Below, in pieces: positions 39,636 through 52,760 of a stretch of 64,000 nucleotides of DNA (the stretch's first letter is position 1; each line of letters opens with the position of its first letter). The stretch lies in the NCBI RefSeq assembly GCF_009914755.1, contig NC_060927.1; one strand, given 5' to 3'. A program made the position numbers and the translations under genes. Under the pieces are notes generated by a model. The model made no database searches. It saw only the letters and a list, made by a program, of their open reading frames with translations, and was not told the DNA's origin. The stretch comes from the human T2T-CHM13v2.0 reference genome, Homo sapiens.

Positions 39636-42600
39636 TATTTAAAAGCACCCAGTTTAACCTAGATGTTAGGATTTTGATATAATCCATTAAAGTGCCATGA
39701 ACAACAAAAGGAATTTGAAAAATAAATCTTAAAAGTAAAGGCATGTAAACCAACATATGTTTTTAAAAGTAAGAGTTATTTGTTCTAGAGAAAGAAAGGC
39801 TGGGCTGGTGATAATGTTAATAACATTGGGAGACAGTAAAAGATGTATTAAGGTGGGCTGTCTTATTCTATTATTGAGAGTGAGAGGCACAGGGAGGGAG
39901 GGAAGGATGGAGAAAATTAATTGTTGTCTTTTCTGGATTATATAATTGTAGTCACATTTGAAGACTAGAACATGAACTACAAACATATCCACTAGAGTTG
40001 TCTTAAATAATTTTCCCAGTTAAAATATTAAATAATAATATAGACATAGGCTTAAAATTCAGTATTAATAAGAGTAAGCCTTAGTAGAAATATGTATCAT
40101 CTAATTAAATCCCCCGAATAAAATCGATGCTCAAACTTTTGTCCTATGACTAGCAGATATATGAACAAAACTGCGAAACCAGCAAGCTGGCTCTTTCACA
40201 ACTACAATTTATTATTTTAGTTTCACTTTTCTATGGCCATTTTCTGCTTTGTCCTTCCTCTGAGATTTGAAAAACTCTGCCTTGCCTAGTATATGGTAGG
40301 AAGACCTACTCCTGTTCTCAAAATGCCACTGATTCAAAATTCATAGCCATAGTAGTATGTCTGAGAAGTACCCTGCAACTGTGCCAGCCTCCAGAGTGTT
40401 ACAGAAAGAGCTTATTTTCCATCCATTTTCCATATCTGAAATAATCTTGGCCTTGAGAAACCAAGTGTCAGATTTTTTATAGCTAATAAATTCCATGAAT
40501 GAGAGCAGACTGTTGTTGTGGTTATAAGTGTTTGGAATACTGTGTTTGGACTGTCCCATAATTTCACTCCTTTCCCTACAGGTTAACAAAAACTATTAAG
40601 ATGAAAAATAGGGCCATCTGGTGGTGTGTACCTCATAATAATGAGAGGGTCAATACAGGTCAAGAGGGCAGACCTGTTTCTAAAAATTGGAAAACAAAAA
40701 CAAAGCTGTTTTTACTTTCTCATTGTAGGTATATACCTACAGAACAAGAAAAAAAAAGTCAGAATCATATTTTGTAACACAGGATGGAAAGAATGTCTTA
40801 CTCATGGAATTTAATAACACATTTTATTTTGTACTATGGATTTTACTTATATTTATTGAAGGTTGAAATAAACTAGATAATACTGATCTTAATTATTTTC
40901 TAATTTAGTCATCTCATTTTTATACCTATTTTAGTGATAACCAAAGAAAATGCCATCAAAGAAAATAAATGAAACATGTATTTAATTGTAATATAATGAA
41001 ATTTCAGCCTTTGCCAAATGTTGACTCTGGACCAAGAGTATGCCAAATATTTGCAAACATAAAATTATTTCGTCCCCATACGTTTCTAAGACATTCTTAG
41101 TTTAATCCATAAAGAAACTGAGGCTTGCAGAGTGAATGCAACTTGGCAAGGTGACATAGCTCTAAAAAGCCAGAAATAAACTCAACGTTTTCTTTGTCCA
41201 ATCTAAAAACCATGTTCCTAACCACAAAATTATGGTGCCCAGCAACACTGCAATAGCTGCATCTGTCATATCTACATGGTAATGGTCTCTAGCAGTGAGT
41301 ACTCATGGATTCTTGTTTTATTCAATGAGTTATAATCATTTCTATCATAGTTTAATTTTAATATTCTAAAGATAATTTTAATGGGTTGTAAAGTTTGAGA
41401 AACTCTACTAAGTCAGTTACATTTATGCATCGATTTTCATTTTCCAAAATTTCCTCGTCAATTCTAGTTTACTATTGTCTCTTCTCCTATTCTCTTTTGC
41501 TTATTTTGGAGAAATTTCAGAAGATAATGGTAACAGTGCTGTGTTTATCAGCCATGGTTAGCCAGAGGGTTTTAATCATTTCAAAAAATAAATGTTATTA
41601 GTTATTGCAAAAAATAAATTTTGTCTGAAGACAAACACACATATGTATGTACACTAGTAATTTGAAATTAATAAAGGAGATAAGTGTTAATCTTCTTTTG
41701 AGATAGGTGCTAATTTGCTTTTACTGTGTTATTTATGAATAGTTTATATACAATATTTATTTTGCATCACACACACACATGAATATGTGTATATATTTAT
41801 TTTTTCAAAACTTCCAGATTTTATCAGGTTATACCATTTCTTATCTAAAGCAGAGGAAGCATTGCGTTGTTTGAACTGTGTAAAGTGCATATAGGAGAGA
41901 CTCACTATCTTGCTAAAGAAAAAATTAATCCAAATTCCATTTGAGACTCTGGGGCAGACAGCAATTCAGATCTGCTTTTCAAAAACTGGTAGCAACTCTT
42001 TGATGTACCTGAAATTGAACAAGCTCAGCTCTTGGATGATGTCACCTGTTTATTGCCACAATTTAGTATTTGAATAATGTAATGGAAAAAAAATCCCAGA
42101 AATAGCACAAAAGGGAAATAAACCAGCCAGAGAATTCCAATAATGACCAGACATACTTACTCAAACTGTCTCTCTTTGTACCCTTGTCTAATTTCCTTTC
42201 TTAGCATGAAATATTGAGTGACCTTATCTGTACTCTATTACTCAGATTTGTAAATAATTACAGAATGCTTGCTATGAAAATTTCAAAAGTATAGTTTAAT
42301 GTTTTGAAGAGAATCTTAATGAGCTGGAATAGTTATTCAGGCTCAGCCTATGGTATTTTGGTGGTAATGTAGAATCTTTTAACTTGAAAATTAGTTGGCA
42401 AAATGCTGAGCCACAGAAAAATTCACATTGACTGTATGATGAATGGTTAAGTGTCCCAAAGGTTCAGTAAGCCAAGATATTCCCTACTGAGAGCTTTTTC
42501 TGACAGTTCTTAGGCAGGCAAAATTCTTTCTGAAAGAAATGCCCTTTACCAAGAGAAGCCAACTCTTTTCCCTGTCCAGTTCACACTGACAATGTTTCCT

Positions 42601-45126
42601 TCCTATAATGTTTGGTTCAGATAGCTTTTTGAATACAGTGTCCTCGTGGTTGATGCTTCTGAAATAATTATTCTGATTTCTATATGGACACTTGAAAACT
42701 CCTGGCTCCAACCCCCACTCCACACCCCTACCCCCTCTGCTTTCCCACTCTAACCATTAAGGAGGCGTTCCCAACATATTTAAAAGACCATCATATTTAT
42801 TCATAGAGGACTCTAATCATAGGTGCTTTGGTCTTAAATTTAAGTTTGCATGCTACAAATGAGACAGTAGATGATGAGGGCAACATCTGGAGTGTGAATA
42901 CAAAAGAGACTACAAATAAATAATAACATAGGTGATTACTCCAGGCATAAACGTATGCCTTGGGTATGAGTAAGAGATGGGCAAATGAATTGATGCTCTT
43001 AGTTTTATTTTCTCTGATTTCTCACAGAGTGAGAAAAATTGAGGCCAAATCAGGACAAACTTGTAGGCAAAACCTTTGGATTTGATGTGTGAATAATTTT
43101 AAGGTATTCTCTACCATTAAAAAAAAAAAAAAAAAGCCAGCATACCAGAAAAAAAACCCACATTTTTAAGTGTCCAGGAAAATGAGTGGATCTTTGAAGA
43201 GAAAACTTACAAAATAAGATCCTTAAAAAATAAGCCAACAGAGAGGAACTAATGGTATCTTCATAATTATATACATGAAATCATATTTAGTGCTCTGTAC
43301 AACAGAAGACAAAGACTGAAGACAGCAGATAGGAAGAGCCAGCAAACTGTAATATTTGAAAATTCCTTGGAGTGTTCCAAGCAGAACATTAAGGTAATAT
43401 TTTTGTTCTGGAAGTAGTCATATGGAAAAAAAATTCTCAATGAGTGTATTTTAAGGGTGACTTAAGGTGTTTTAAAAGTGCTGTTGACAATATACAATTT
43501 TACCTAGTCTGTCAAGTTTAGCATCAAATATTTTAATGAAAATTTCCTTCTCCCCAAGAGAAGTTTCTGCAAATATTTTAATATATAAAGTACTTTGAGT
43601 TAATTTCTTCTAAACATTTCTGTGAGGTGAGCAGCACAGCCATTACCATCCCTACTTTACCAGAGAAGAATTTTCATGACAATAGCAACTTGATACTCTG
43701 TTACAGTAGAATTAAGGCAGGACTGATTTTCAAGCCATTTGGCTTAGAATCCAGTGCCCTTTCTTTCACACCCTGTTACTGCCACAGTTCAGAAGTTTCT
43801 CCAGACTTTTCTCACTTAAGTCTTCTTGTAATCAAGAATCCTGTGTACTTGGAATGAGGGAGGCAAAAACATATCATACTGACTTCATTGATAAAAATTT
43901 ATTCAAACCTCCTCATTATGACTGCACTAACTGTATGCTGGGAAATTACTACTAGAAAGTAGGTTTTGGCTGATCCTTTAAAGAGACCCCAGGGAGCGGG
44001 GGCTGACAAATGGGATCTGTATTTATTTAGGAAGATTGCAGTTCTACCTCTAAAATAGCAAATAGCTCCTCGGTTTGTCCTTTGTTCTCCATTTGTCCTG
44101 CCACTGTTTCAGTTCAGGCTCTGTTCAACTTTTATCTGACACATAGTAAGTGCTAGAAAACAAAAATGTATAGAAATAAGGAATGATCAAACTATAGCAC
44201 ATACCTCCTAATCAGTTTTATCTTTTTTTCTTTTGAAAAAGTCTTGGAAGAAGCAAAGCCAGGACTCAAACTACAGTTAAAGGGATTTGGAGTACAAGCT
44301 TTCAACCACTACACTGTTCTCTGATCATTAGTCATTTTTACAGCCCACATAATAGACTTGAGGGACATGGCTTTTGCAGGACCAGCAAGGGGCTCTTAAA
44401 CACTTTAGATTTATTATTTATAAAATTCAACTCTTCTACAATCTATGCACTCCATTTAACTACTATACTGAAATTTCCTAGGCAAGAAAATGACCATATT
44501 CAATGAGGTTGTTAATAAAATCTTGGCATTCTCTCAATGTTAAACTTCTTATTTTGTTTATATCATAAGTTCACAAAGAGAGATCTTTAAGGGTTGAAGA
44601 TTCAACTCTGTAAGGATGGTTGGCAGAGCCCTAGATACAATATTACTTGCCAATCTGCTCTGTGCCTGGGGCTCTTACAGAAACTCTTCAATCACTCCTT
44701 TGGGAAAGGAAGGCTATTTAATATTCCTTTATATTCTGTAGCCTTCTCTGCAGGAAAGCAACCCTATGGGGATCAGTCAAAAGCAGAGCCAGTCAAGCTG
44801 TCTTTTGCTTCCTTTATTCAGTTAGGTCACTTAGAAGCCACGAGTGTGAAGGGATGTTGTATAATTCTAACAGGTCCCTACAGAGCCTCAGTTTTAATAT
44901 TAATTTAAGATACTATTATTCTACCAGAAACTTCTAGATACTTTGCTGCCTGCCAAGGATCCCTTTGTCACAACTTTGGTTTCAGAATGGGCTCAAATTC
45001 ATTTGAGTTGAAAAGCAGCATATTTTGGTTATGTAAAAATAATATATACAAGTTGCTCTAATAAGGAGATGGTATTGTGTGAGGATTTCCGGACTGAATC
45101 ACCTTGGTCAAGAAAAGAGAAAACTA

Positions 45127-45603
45127 TGTCAGAAAGTGCTCTTCGTTCCCTGGTGTCCATTCTTCTCTGCTCCCCTTTTTAGTAATGGAAACTTTACTAA
45201 ATTTTAGCAAAGCCGATAGCTACTCAGCCAGAGACCCCTTGCAGCTTGTGGTGGTCACTCAATTAAATTTTGGCCAGTGGATTCTGAGTATAAATAATAC
45301 ATGAAACTTGCTTATTGCATCTCTGAAAAAGGAGGCAAATAGCCCTCCATCCTCTCCTTTACAATTCCTGTGAGCTAAAGCTTAATCTATGGTGCTGACA
45401 AGCTTGCTATAACTAGGAAGATGAGGGCAACACCCTAAGTTACAGTGGGTGATGAAAGAAACCTGAGTGTCTCGACAACAGGTATAGCAGAACTGCTTGT
45501 TGATTGTATACCCACTGTTATTTTGAGAGAAAATAAGCTTACACTTTGAGTTTCTGTAGTTTCGGGGCTCTTTGTTGTAGAAGCTTAGTTTTTGACAAAC
45601 ACA
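45127..45603 (+). mobile_element. Old MaLR solo LTR (MLT1J-like)
   Basis: ccccttgcagct...aaattttggccagtgg...gatgagggcaacaccctaag...gaaacctgagt...gagagaaaataa...ggggctctttgtt. Confidence 0.7.
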
Positions 45604-46309
45604 GTCTTTTTTCTACAGCTCTAAATCTTCATGGCAGTATCTTTTATTGACTCAAGTTGGCCTTGGTCTGATAACCTTAAGATATCCTGGGAGCTAAAAC
45701 ACAGTCGCAATGGAATAAAAGCTGGTATATCTTGGGAAAGTAGAAAAAAAAAGGAAAGATAATGTGGTCAAGTGGCAAAATATATGTTATGGCACTAGAT
45801 GGATTTACTCCTTATTTATTTTCCTTTTGTAACTTAGACCTTTCTGAACCTCTGTTTCTTCATATGTAAAATAATGAAAATAATATATGCCTCATAATAT
45901 TGTAGTGACATTTTAGAGCAATAACATATATAACATATATAAAATATATGGCACAAAAAGTTTCTTAGCAATGATAGTTTTTTTCTTCCAATGATTCTAC
46001 TTATTTCAGCTCTGTTTGTTTTGGGGATATTTAGAGTATGGTTTTGCTATAGTTAGGCCATATGTTCTGTCTTCTAGAGAAGAAAGGTTTTTTTTTTCTT
46101 TTTTTTACATAGTGTTAATCAATGGAACTTATCTGTGGTTTTGGGGCTCATGAAGAAATTCTGTGAGCTGAAGTAGTCAGGGCCTCTCACTAGTTATTTC
46201 TTTTCTCTTCCTTCATGAATAGCAAACTTTGGAGAAGTGTGTGAAGGAGAAGAGAACTGGCAGTATAAAATGTCACATGCCTGAGTGTTGGCATCAGAGT
46301 TATCAAGTG

Positions 46310-46598
46310 TTTTTATCTTTTTTATTTTTATAGATTTATTTTTATTGAAACAGAGTCTCACTCTATCACCCAGGCTGGAGGGCAGTGCCATTATCTCGAC
46401 TCACTGCAGCCTTGACCTGGGCTGAAGTGATCCTCTCAGCTCAACCTCCTAAGTAGCTGGGACTACAGGCAAGCACCACCACGCCTGGCTAATTTTTGTA
46501 TTTTTTGTAGAGACAGGGTTTTTGCCATGTTGCTCAGGCTAGTCTCGAACTCCTGGGCTCAAGTGATCCACTCACCTCAGCCTCCCAAAGTGTCAGGA
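46310..46598 (-). mobile_element. AluJ, slightly 5'-truncated
   Basis: gcagccttgacctgggctgaagtgatcc and gaactcctgggctcaagtgatcc AluJ diagnostics; TSD-like AGTGTT. Confidence 0.9.
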
Positions 46599-46933
46599 GT
46601 GTTCTTCATAGAAGTCCAAAACACCCAAAAGCAAATGAAAAATGACAGAGACTCCCGAGTCCTGTCCATGACATAATCTATCTCTTGACAAAATTTACTT
46701 TCAGCTTTGACAGGGTCTTCTCTGCTTAAGGATTTGCTGTGTTGACAAGAGTACTCAGTATTGATCAGAGCTAATCTGGTAGTCTGCTTGACATCTCAAT
46801 TCCCTGATCTTTATATATTTTTTTAATTAAATGAAAGCCTTTATAATCTAGTCATTTCCTGTTTTCTCTTTGGTCTAGGAATCCCTGGGGGAAGTCAGCC
46901 TTAAGTTAACCTTAGGAAATGTGGTTCATATAG

Positions 46934-47305
<372 letters not shown>

Positions 47306-47962
47306 GCTGCACAACTTTTAATGGAACACTACAATATGATCCTTCCGTTTGAGGAAGAGCACAGAGTATAGTTAGACAACTCTGGTGCCAAACCAAACCT
47401 AGTTCAAGTATTTCTCGCTCATTGGCTCATTCTTTCTCTCATTTACCAAAAGTTTTCGAAATTCTCTGAACCTCACTTTACCAATCTCTAAAACAGGAGA
47501 TGACAGTGTCTCTACATTGGAGATAATAATTCTTACCTTGACGTATTGTCACATAGGTTAAATGACTCAGTGCATACAAGCTTCTAGAACATAATAGACA
47601 CTCAAAGCATTGCTATTTTCTTTCTTTTCAGGCCATTTGTAATTGAGGCACTTCTCACTTACTTTTTGACTAGAGATGCCCTGTAGAAGGTGAATCCTGA
47701 ATCATTTTGAGCAAGTGAGATTCATCCTATGGATATATAAATTCAAGACACTTTCCAAAATCAAATATAAGTGAAGAGTTTATATTGCATTCAATTTTAG
47801 AGTATCAATACTCCTGTTTAATTAATCTGAAAGTACATATCTACATTCTCTTATAAGCCATGGAATCATGCTACATTCAAGATTCTTTACTTGTAACACG
47901 TAGTACTTTAAATTCCAATTTATTCGTTTATATATAAATAATATGGAAGATTACAAAGAAAT

Positions 47963-48335
47963 TTGTGGCAGAAACTATATACTGGCTGACTCAAAATCTA
48001 TTTTCCATCCCTCCTATCACACTTTGCTTACTAAGAAAATTACACTGGATTGCCAGACTCTTTTGCAGGCCCAGGGTATCATGAGACACAGGATAAATAA
48101 AATGAAAGTGGAAATCTACCATAAGGCTTAGGGAAACATATATTATTTAGAATAGAAAAAGAGGGTAGTATATTTTAAAAGTTGGTTAAGCTTTGGCTTT
48201 ATCGTGTTTTTTCTTTCTGGAATGTGAATTGATGCTTTTAAGTGGAACAGCCATCCTAAAACTCAATACGCTAAGAATAGTGGCGCTAAAACAAAAAAGG
48301 TCATGAGTCCTGATGATCATCACTGAACATCTAAA
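47963..48335 (+). mobile_element. Old MaLR LTR fragment (MLT1J/K-like)
   Basis: tgtggcaga...tgccagactcttttgcagg...ctggaatgtgaa...cagccatc...tgagtcctgatgatcatcactga. Confidence 0.6.
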
Positions 48336-48354
48336 ATAAAATTTCGACCATTTA

Positions 48355-48625
48355 TTTCATCATCAATAAATATTTATTGAGAACCTACATCTTACAAATA
48401 TACTTTTTTAGAAGCTGGAGATAAGCAGTGACATAAATAGACAAAAATTCTTGCTTTCAGAATGGAATCTTACATTCCAGTGTTGGAAGAGAAACAGAAA
48501 ACAAATTTGTAGGAGAGTGTGTGGGAGTATGTGTGTGTCTGTGGGTGCATGGTATGTCAGAATGATTTAAAAAATCCTGGGGAGAAAAATGAAGCAAGAA
48601 AAAAGAGTGCTAGAAAGTGCTAGGA
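48355..48625 (-). mobile_element. L2 3' end
   Basis: ttcatcatcaataaatatttattgagaacctac...gctggagataagcagtga...cttacattccagtg. Confidence 0.75.
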
Positions 48626-49230
48626 TGTGGTTATGTTTTGCTGCCAGAATACCCATATAGAGATTAGACTATCTATATGGGAAAGTAAAAATGACTAGAA
48701 TTCTGGGCTTACTGTAATATAATATAAATTAGGATATTTACTGATGTGGAGACTGTGGAAGGGGTAGTCTTATTCAAAACCATGCACTTAGATTGTTGCT
48801 AGGTTCTCTCCTGACTCCAGCCGCTATGTGTTAGAAAAAAGGCTCATCAACTTTTTGCTTAATATGTAAAATAGACCATAATGTGTTTAAGGCACTGCAC
48901 ATTGGATACTCTGTTACCTGCAACTATAAATATTTCTAATTGAAACAGATACACCAGAAAGAGGGAATGTTTCAAACACTAGGCTAAGCCACTTACATGT
49001 CACTGCTTTTGATCTTCAATTATAACATTACAGGATGGATACTTTTATTATCATTTTATAGATAAGGAAAATTAAAAACTAGCTCCAGTCTTTCAGTTAG
49101 TAATTGGTATCCTAGATTTGAATCTAGATATTTTTGTCTAAAAAATATCCCTGTTCATTTTCTTATTTATCTATTCAACAAAAATTTAATGAGTGTTCTG
49201 CTAGACACTTCAGTTAAGAATAGAATGATA

Positions 49231-50451
49231 ACTGGGCAATGATAATTTGGATTTGATGCCAAAATCATCAAATTTTCTCAGGCAACTAACACGAAAATGG
49301 ACAAATGGGATTACCTCATATTAAGAAGCTTCCGAATCCTATGGAATGGAAGAAAATATTTGCAAGACATACGTCTGAAAACAGGTTAATATCTAAACTA
49401 TATAAGAAACTCAAAATAACTCAATATCAAGAAAACAAAGAATCCAATTTAAAAATGGGCAAAAGACCTGAATATTTTTCAGAAGACATACAAATGGGAA
49501 AAATGCTCAATGTCACTAATGATTAGGGAAGTGCCAATTAAAACCACAACAAAATATCACCTGACAACTGTCAGAATGGCTATGATCAAAAAGAGGAAAG
49601 ACAGTAAGTGTTGGCAAGGATATATAAAAAAGGGAATCCTTGTGCATTAAGGATGGGAATGTAAATTGGTGCAACCATTATGAAAAACTGTAGAGAGGTT
49701 CCTCAAAACACTAAAAATAGAATTCCCATATGATCCATCAATCTCACTTCTGAGTATATATCTAAAGGAAATGAAATTAATATATCAAAAAGATATCTGC
49801 ACTCCCATGTTCATTGCAACAGTATTCACAATATCGAAGTTACAGAATCAATCTAAATGTCTATTGACCGATGAATGGATAAAAATGTGGTATATATACA
49901 CAATGGAATACTATTCAGCCTTAAAAAAGAAATAAATTTTGTCAATTGCAACAACAGGAATGGAATTGGAGAACATTATGCTAAGTGAATAAGCCAGGCA
50001 CAGGAAGACAAGTAATGCATGTTCTCACTTACATGTGAAATCTAAAGCAATTGAATTAAAGAAGCAGAAGGTAGAATGGTGCTTACATTCTAGTGTCCCA
50101 GGCTGGACACTGGGGGAAAAGGGACATGTTGTTAAAGGGTCCAAAGTTTCAGTTTGAGAGGAACAATAAGTTTTTGAGACATATTGTACAGCACAGTGAC
50201 TATTGTAAATAAGTGTATTTTTTATATATTTCAAAAATTCTGAGAGTCAATTTTCAATGTTCTCACCACAGAAAGTGATAAGTATTTGATGTGATGGTTA
50301 TGTTAATTAGCTTGATTTAATCATTCCACATTGCATGCATATAACACCATTTTGTGCCCAATAGTATATTCAATTACAATTTGTCAATTTACAATAAAAT
50401 TTAAAAAATTATAAAAGCCAAAACATTTTAAATTTCAAAAACAATTTGAAA
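49231..50451 (+). mobile_element. 5'-truncated L1MA (about L1MA6-8) ORF2 end plus 3' UTR
   Basis: ORF 49305-49526 is ORF2p-like (PMEWKKIFA...LISKLYKKL); perfect 15-bp TSD AAGAATAGAATGATA at 49216-49230 and 50452-50466. Confidence 0.92.
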
Positions 50452-51111
50452 AAGAATAGAATGATAGATAAAACAGCTGTGATTTTCAAGAAAATCTCAA
50501 AGTAGTAGGTAAATAGGTAAGAAAAACATAGCACAATTTTAAAAATTAAGTTTTGTTAACTCAAACACTTAGGAAGAACTTGTGATATGCCAGAAACTGC
50601 GAAAGGCACTGAACTGATTTACAGAAATGTAATAGAATTTTTGTTCATGAATATTGTATCATCCACTGGGAGAGGTAAGCCTTAAGCTAGAACTGCCAAT
50701 AGGACTTGAGGTATCTTTTTAAGAAGTAGCTGCTAAGCATGAAGGGACCATAGCAGAGGGACTGGGGTTAGAGAATGAATAGGCAGAGAAGGTATTGGTA
50801 TTCCCAACAGAGAAAAGTCATGTGAATAGGTGTTGAAGAGTGAAAGGGCATGGTGCCTTTGGGTTCTGGTAAGAATCTCAGTAGAGCTGGGCATTTCAAG
50901 GCAAAAAATGGAAGCCAACATTGGAGAGATAGCTGGGCCCAATGGCAAAAGATTATATGGGTAAATTTAAATGGTTTGGGTTTTCTCCTATAGGCAAACA
51001 TTTTGAATCAAATGGGTGAAGTTATCAGATCTGATCTTAGAAAGTAAACTGCAGCAAATACAGAATGGGGCAGACATCCTAGGTTTTACCTTCCTACACA
51101 TTGAAGTCTCC

Positions 51112-51428
51112 CCCACCCCTCCATTTTTTTTAATTTTTATATTTTTATTGAGACAGAGTCTCACTGTTTCACCCAGGATGGGGTGCAGTGGTGCGATCTC
51201 GGCTCACTGCAACCTCCGACTCCTAGGTTAAAGTGATTCTCCTGCCTCAGTCTCCCAAGTAGCTGAGAATACAGTCGCCCGCCACCACACCCAGCTAATT
51301 TTTGTATTTTTAGTAGAGACGGGGTTTCACTATGTTGGCCAGGCTGGTCTTGAACTCCTGACCTCGTGATCTGCCCACCTTGGCCTCCCAAAGTGCTGGG
51401 ATTATAGGCGTGAGCCACCGTGCCCAGC
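51112..51428 (-). mobile_element. AluS (Sg-like), full length
   Basis: Dimeric Alu; TSD GAAGTCTCC at 51103-51111 and 51429-51437. Confidence 0.95.
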
Positions 51429-51799
51429 GAAGTCTCCTTTTTGTGTAATTCAGGATATAATCTTTAGATAGCCAATCGTTTAAAAAAAGTTATTATACTG
51501 ATGAGGCTGAAGCTTCTCTTTCATGGGGTAAAATAAATTCTGCCCCCAATTGAACAATGGTAAAATGGCATCACACACAATTACAAACACTTATCACCCC
51601 TGAAACCATTTAAAATGCCATTCCCTGTCTTCCAGGGAAAAGATTCAGTTAGTCTTGACTGGATAAATAAAGAGCCGATTAGAATGTTCCAGGGGAAAAA
51701 AACAAGAATTATTCGTTCCTTGCATACAAATGCTTCCTGCTTAGTTTGAGCAGATTCCTATATTGTAGTCTAGTTACTTCCCTCCCAAATGCAAGTATA

Positions 51800-52760
51800 C
51801 AATGAGTGTATAATGCCACAGCAATAAAATGCAGTATGTCTGTAATATTACTACCTTCTGTTATAAAAGAAATAAACATAAACAAAATAAAAACAAAAGC
51901 AAACTCATGCATTTGGAAATATCAAGGGTTCTGATGTCAGTTTTATCCTCACCAGGTAATTCTCCCAAGCCTTGCTTCAGCTGAGATTTGCCACCATTCT
52001 TTGTCTCATTTTATGTACATCAGGATTGCTTTATCATTGCAACACTTGGCAAAATACTTCTCTTTTACAAGTAATTTAGATCCGTCAAGCTGTCTAGTTC
52101 TACAACATCAGTCAGTACTTTGTAGTTTATTTGGTGACAGTGACTGCCAATAAAATAATGCCATAAAATATTCTAGTGTGAGGAGGCTAATTCAGTATAG
52201 GTTAATAAAGCTGCTGTGATTCGTCTTGCCGTGTAGCATGCTTTTTATGCTGGGCATCTTTTAGGTGGATGTGCAAAATCACATTGAGGTTAGCTGGAAT
52301 TTATGCTGTATGGAGGGGTTTACTTAATTCATATATTTACTTTCTTTCAGACCTACATTTTAAATAAAGTATATAGGTTTTTCTCCAGGATGATGGAGTG
52401 TATTCAGGAGTGAATTCTGAACAGGCTTGTGAACTCAGGTAATAAAACAGAGGCAAAGAGGCAAAAATGACAGCCCCGGGGCTTGCTTTATTACAGCTTC
52501 TCTCTGAATTCATGCAAGGCAGAAGTTGTACCCAAACCCTTGTAGAGAGTATTTCAACAGCCTTTTTGAGAACCCTGCTCATGAGTATTTTAATGACCTT
52601 AGTTCAAACCAAGAGCAATAAATGTCTCAAAAAGAGGCTGTTAATTGAAAAGACCAGTGATTTCAGAGGGATTAATATTACTGTCAGACCCAGCTTGCTT
52701 TCTTTCCCTTTTAATTTAGCCTTCTGTTTTAATTTAGAAACAGCTATGCAGCTTGGAGTT
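51800..52760. promoter_or_regulatory. Candidate developmental enhancer: posterior HOX/CDX plus MEIS motif cluster
   Basis: GCAATAAAA 51821, TGACAG 52135, CCAATAAAA 52147, GCCATAAAA 52160, TTTTATGC 52243, GTAATAAAA 52439, TGACAG 52468, TTTATTAC 52487, CTGTCA 52681, in DNA with no recognisable repeat. Confidence 0.3.

Noticed and set aside
40341-40814. Unique-sequence ORFs (82 aa minus, 62 aa plus) and a 48-nt minus-strand exon-like segment
   Set aside because: No recognisable domain, weak donor (GTACAC), lengths within chance expectation.
42160-42272. Minus-strand exon candidate with GTAAGT donor
   Set aside because: Stops in all three frames and a weak acceptor.
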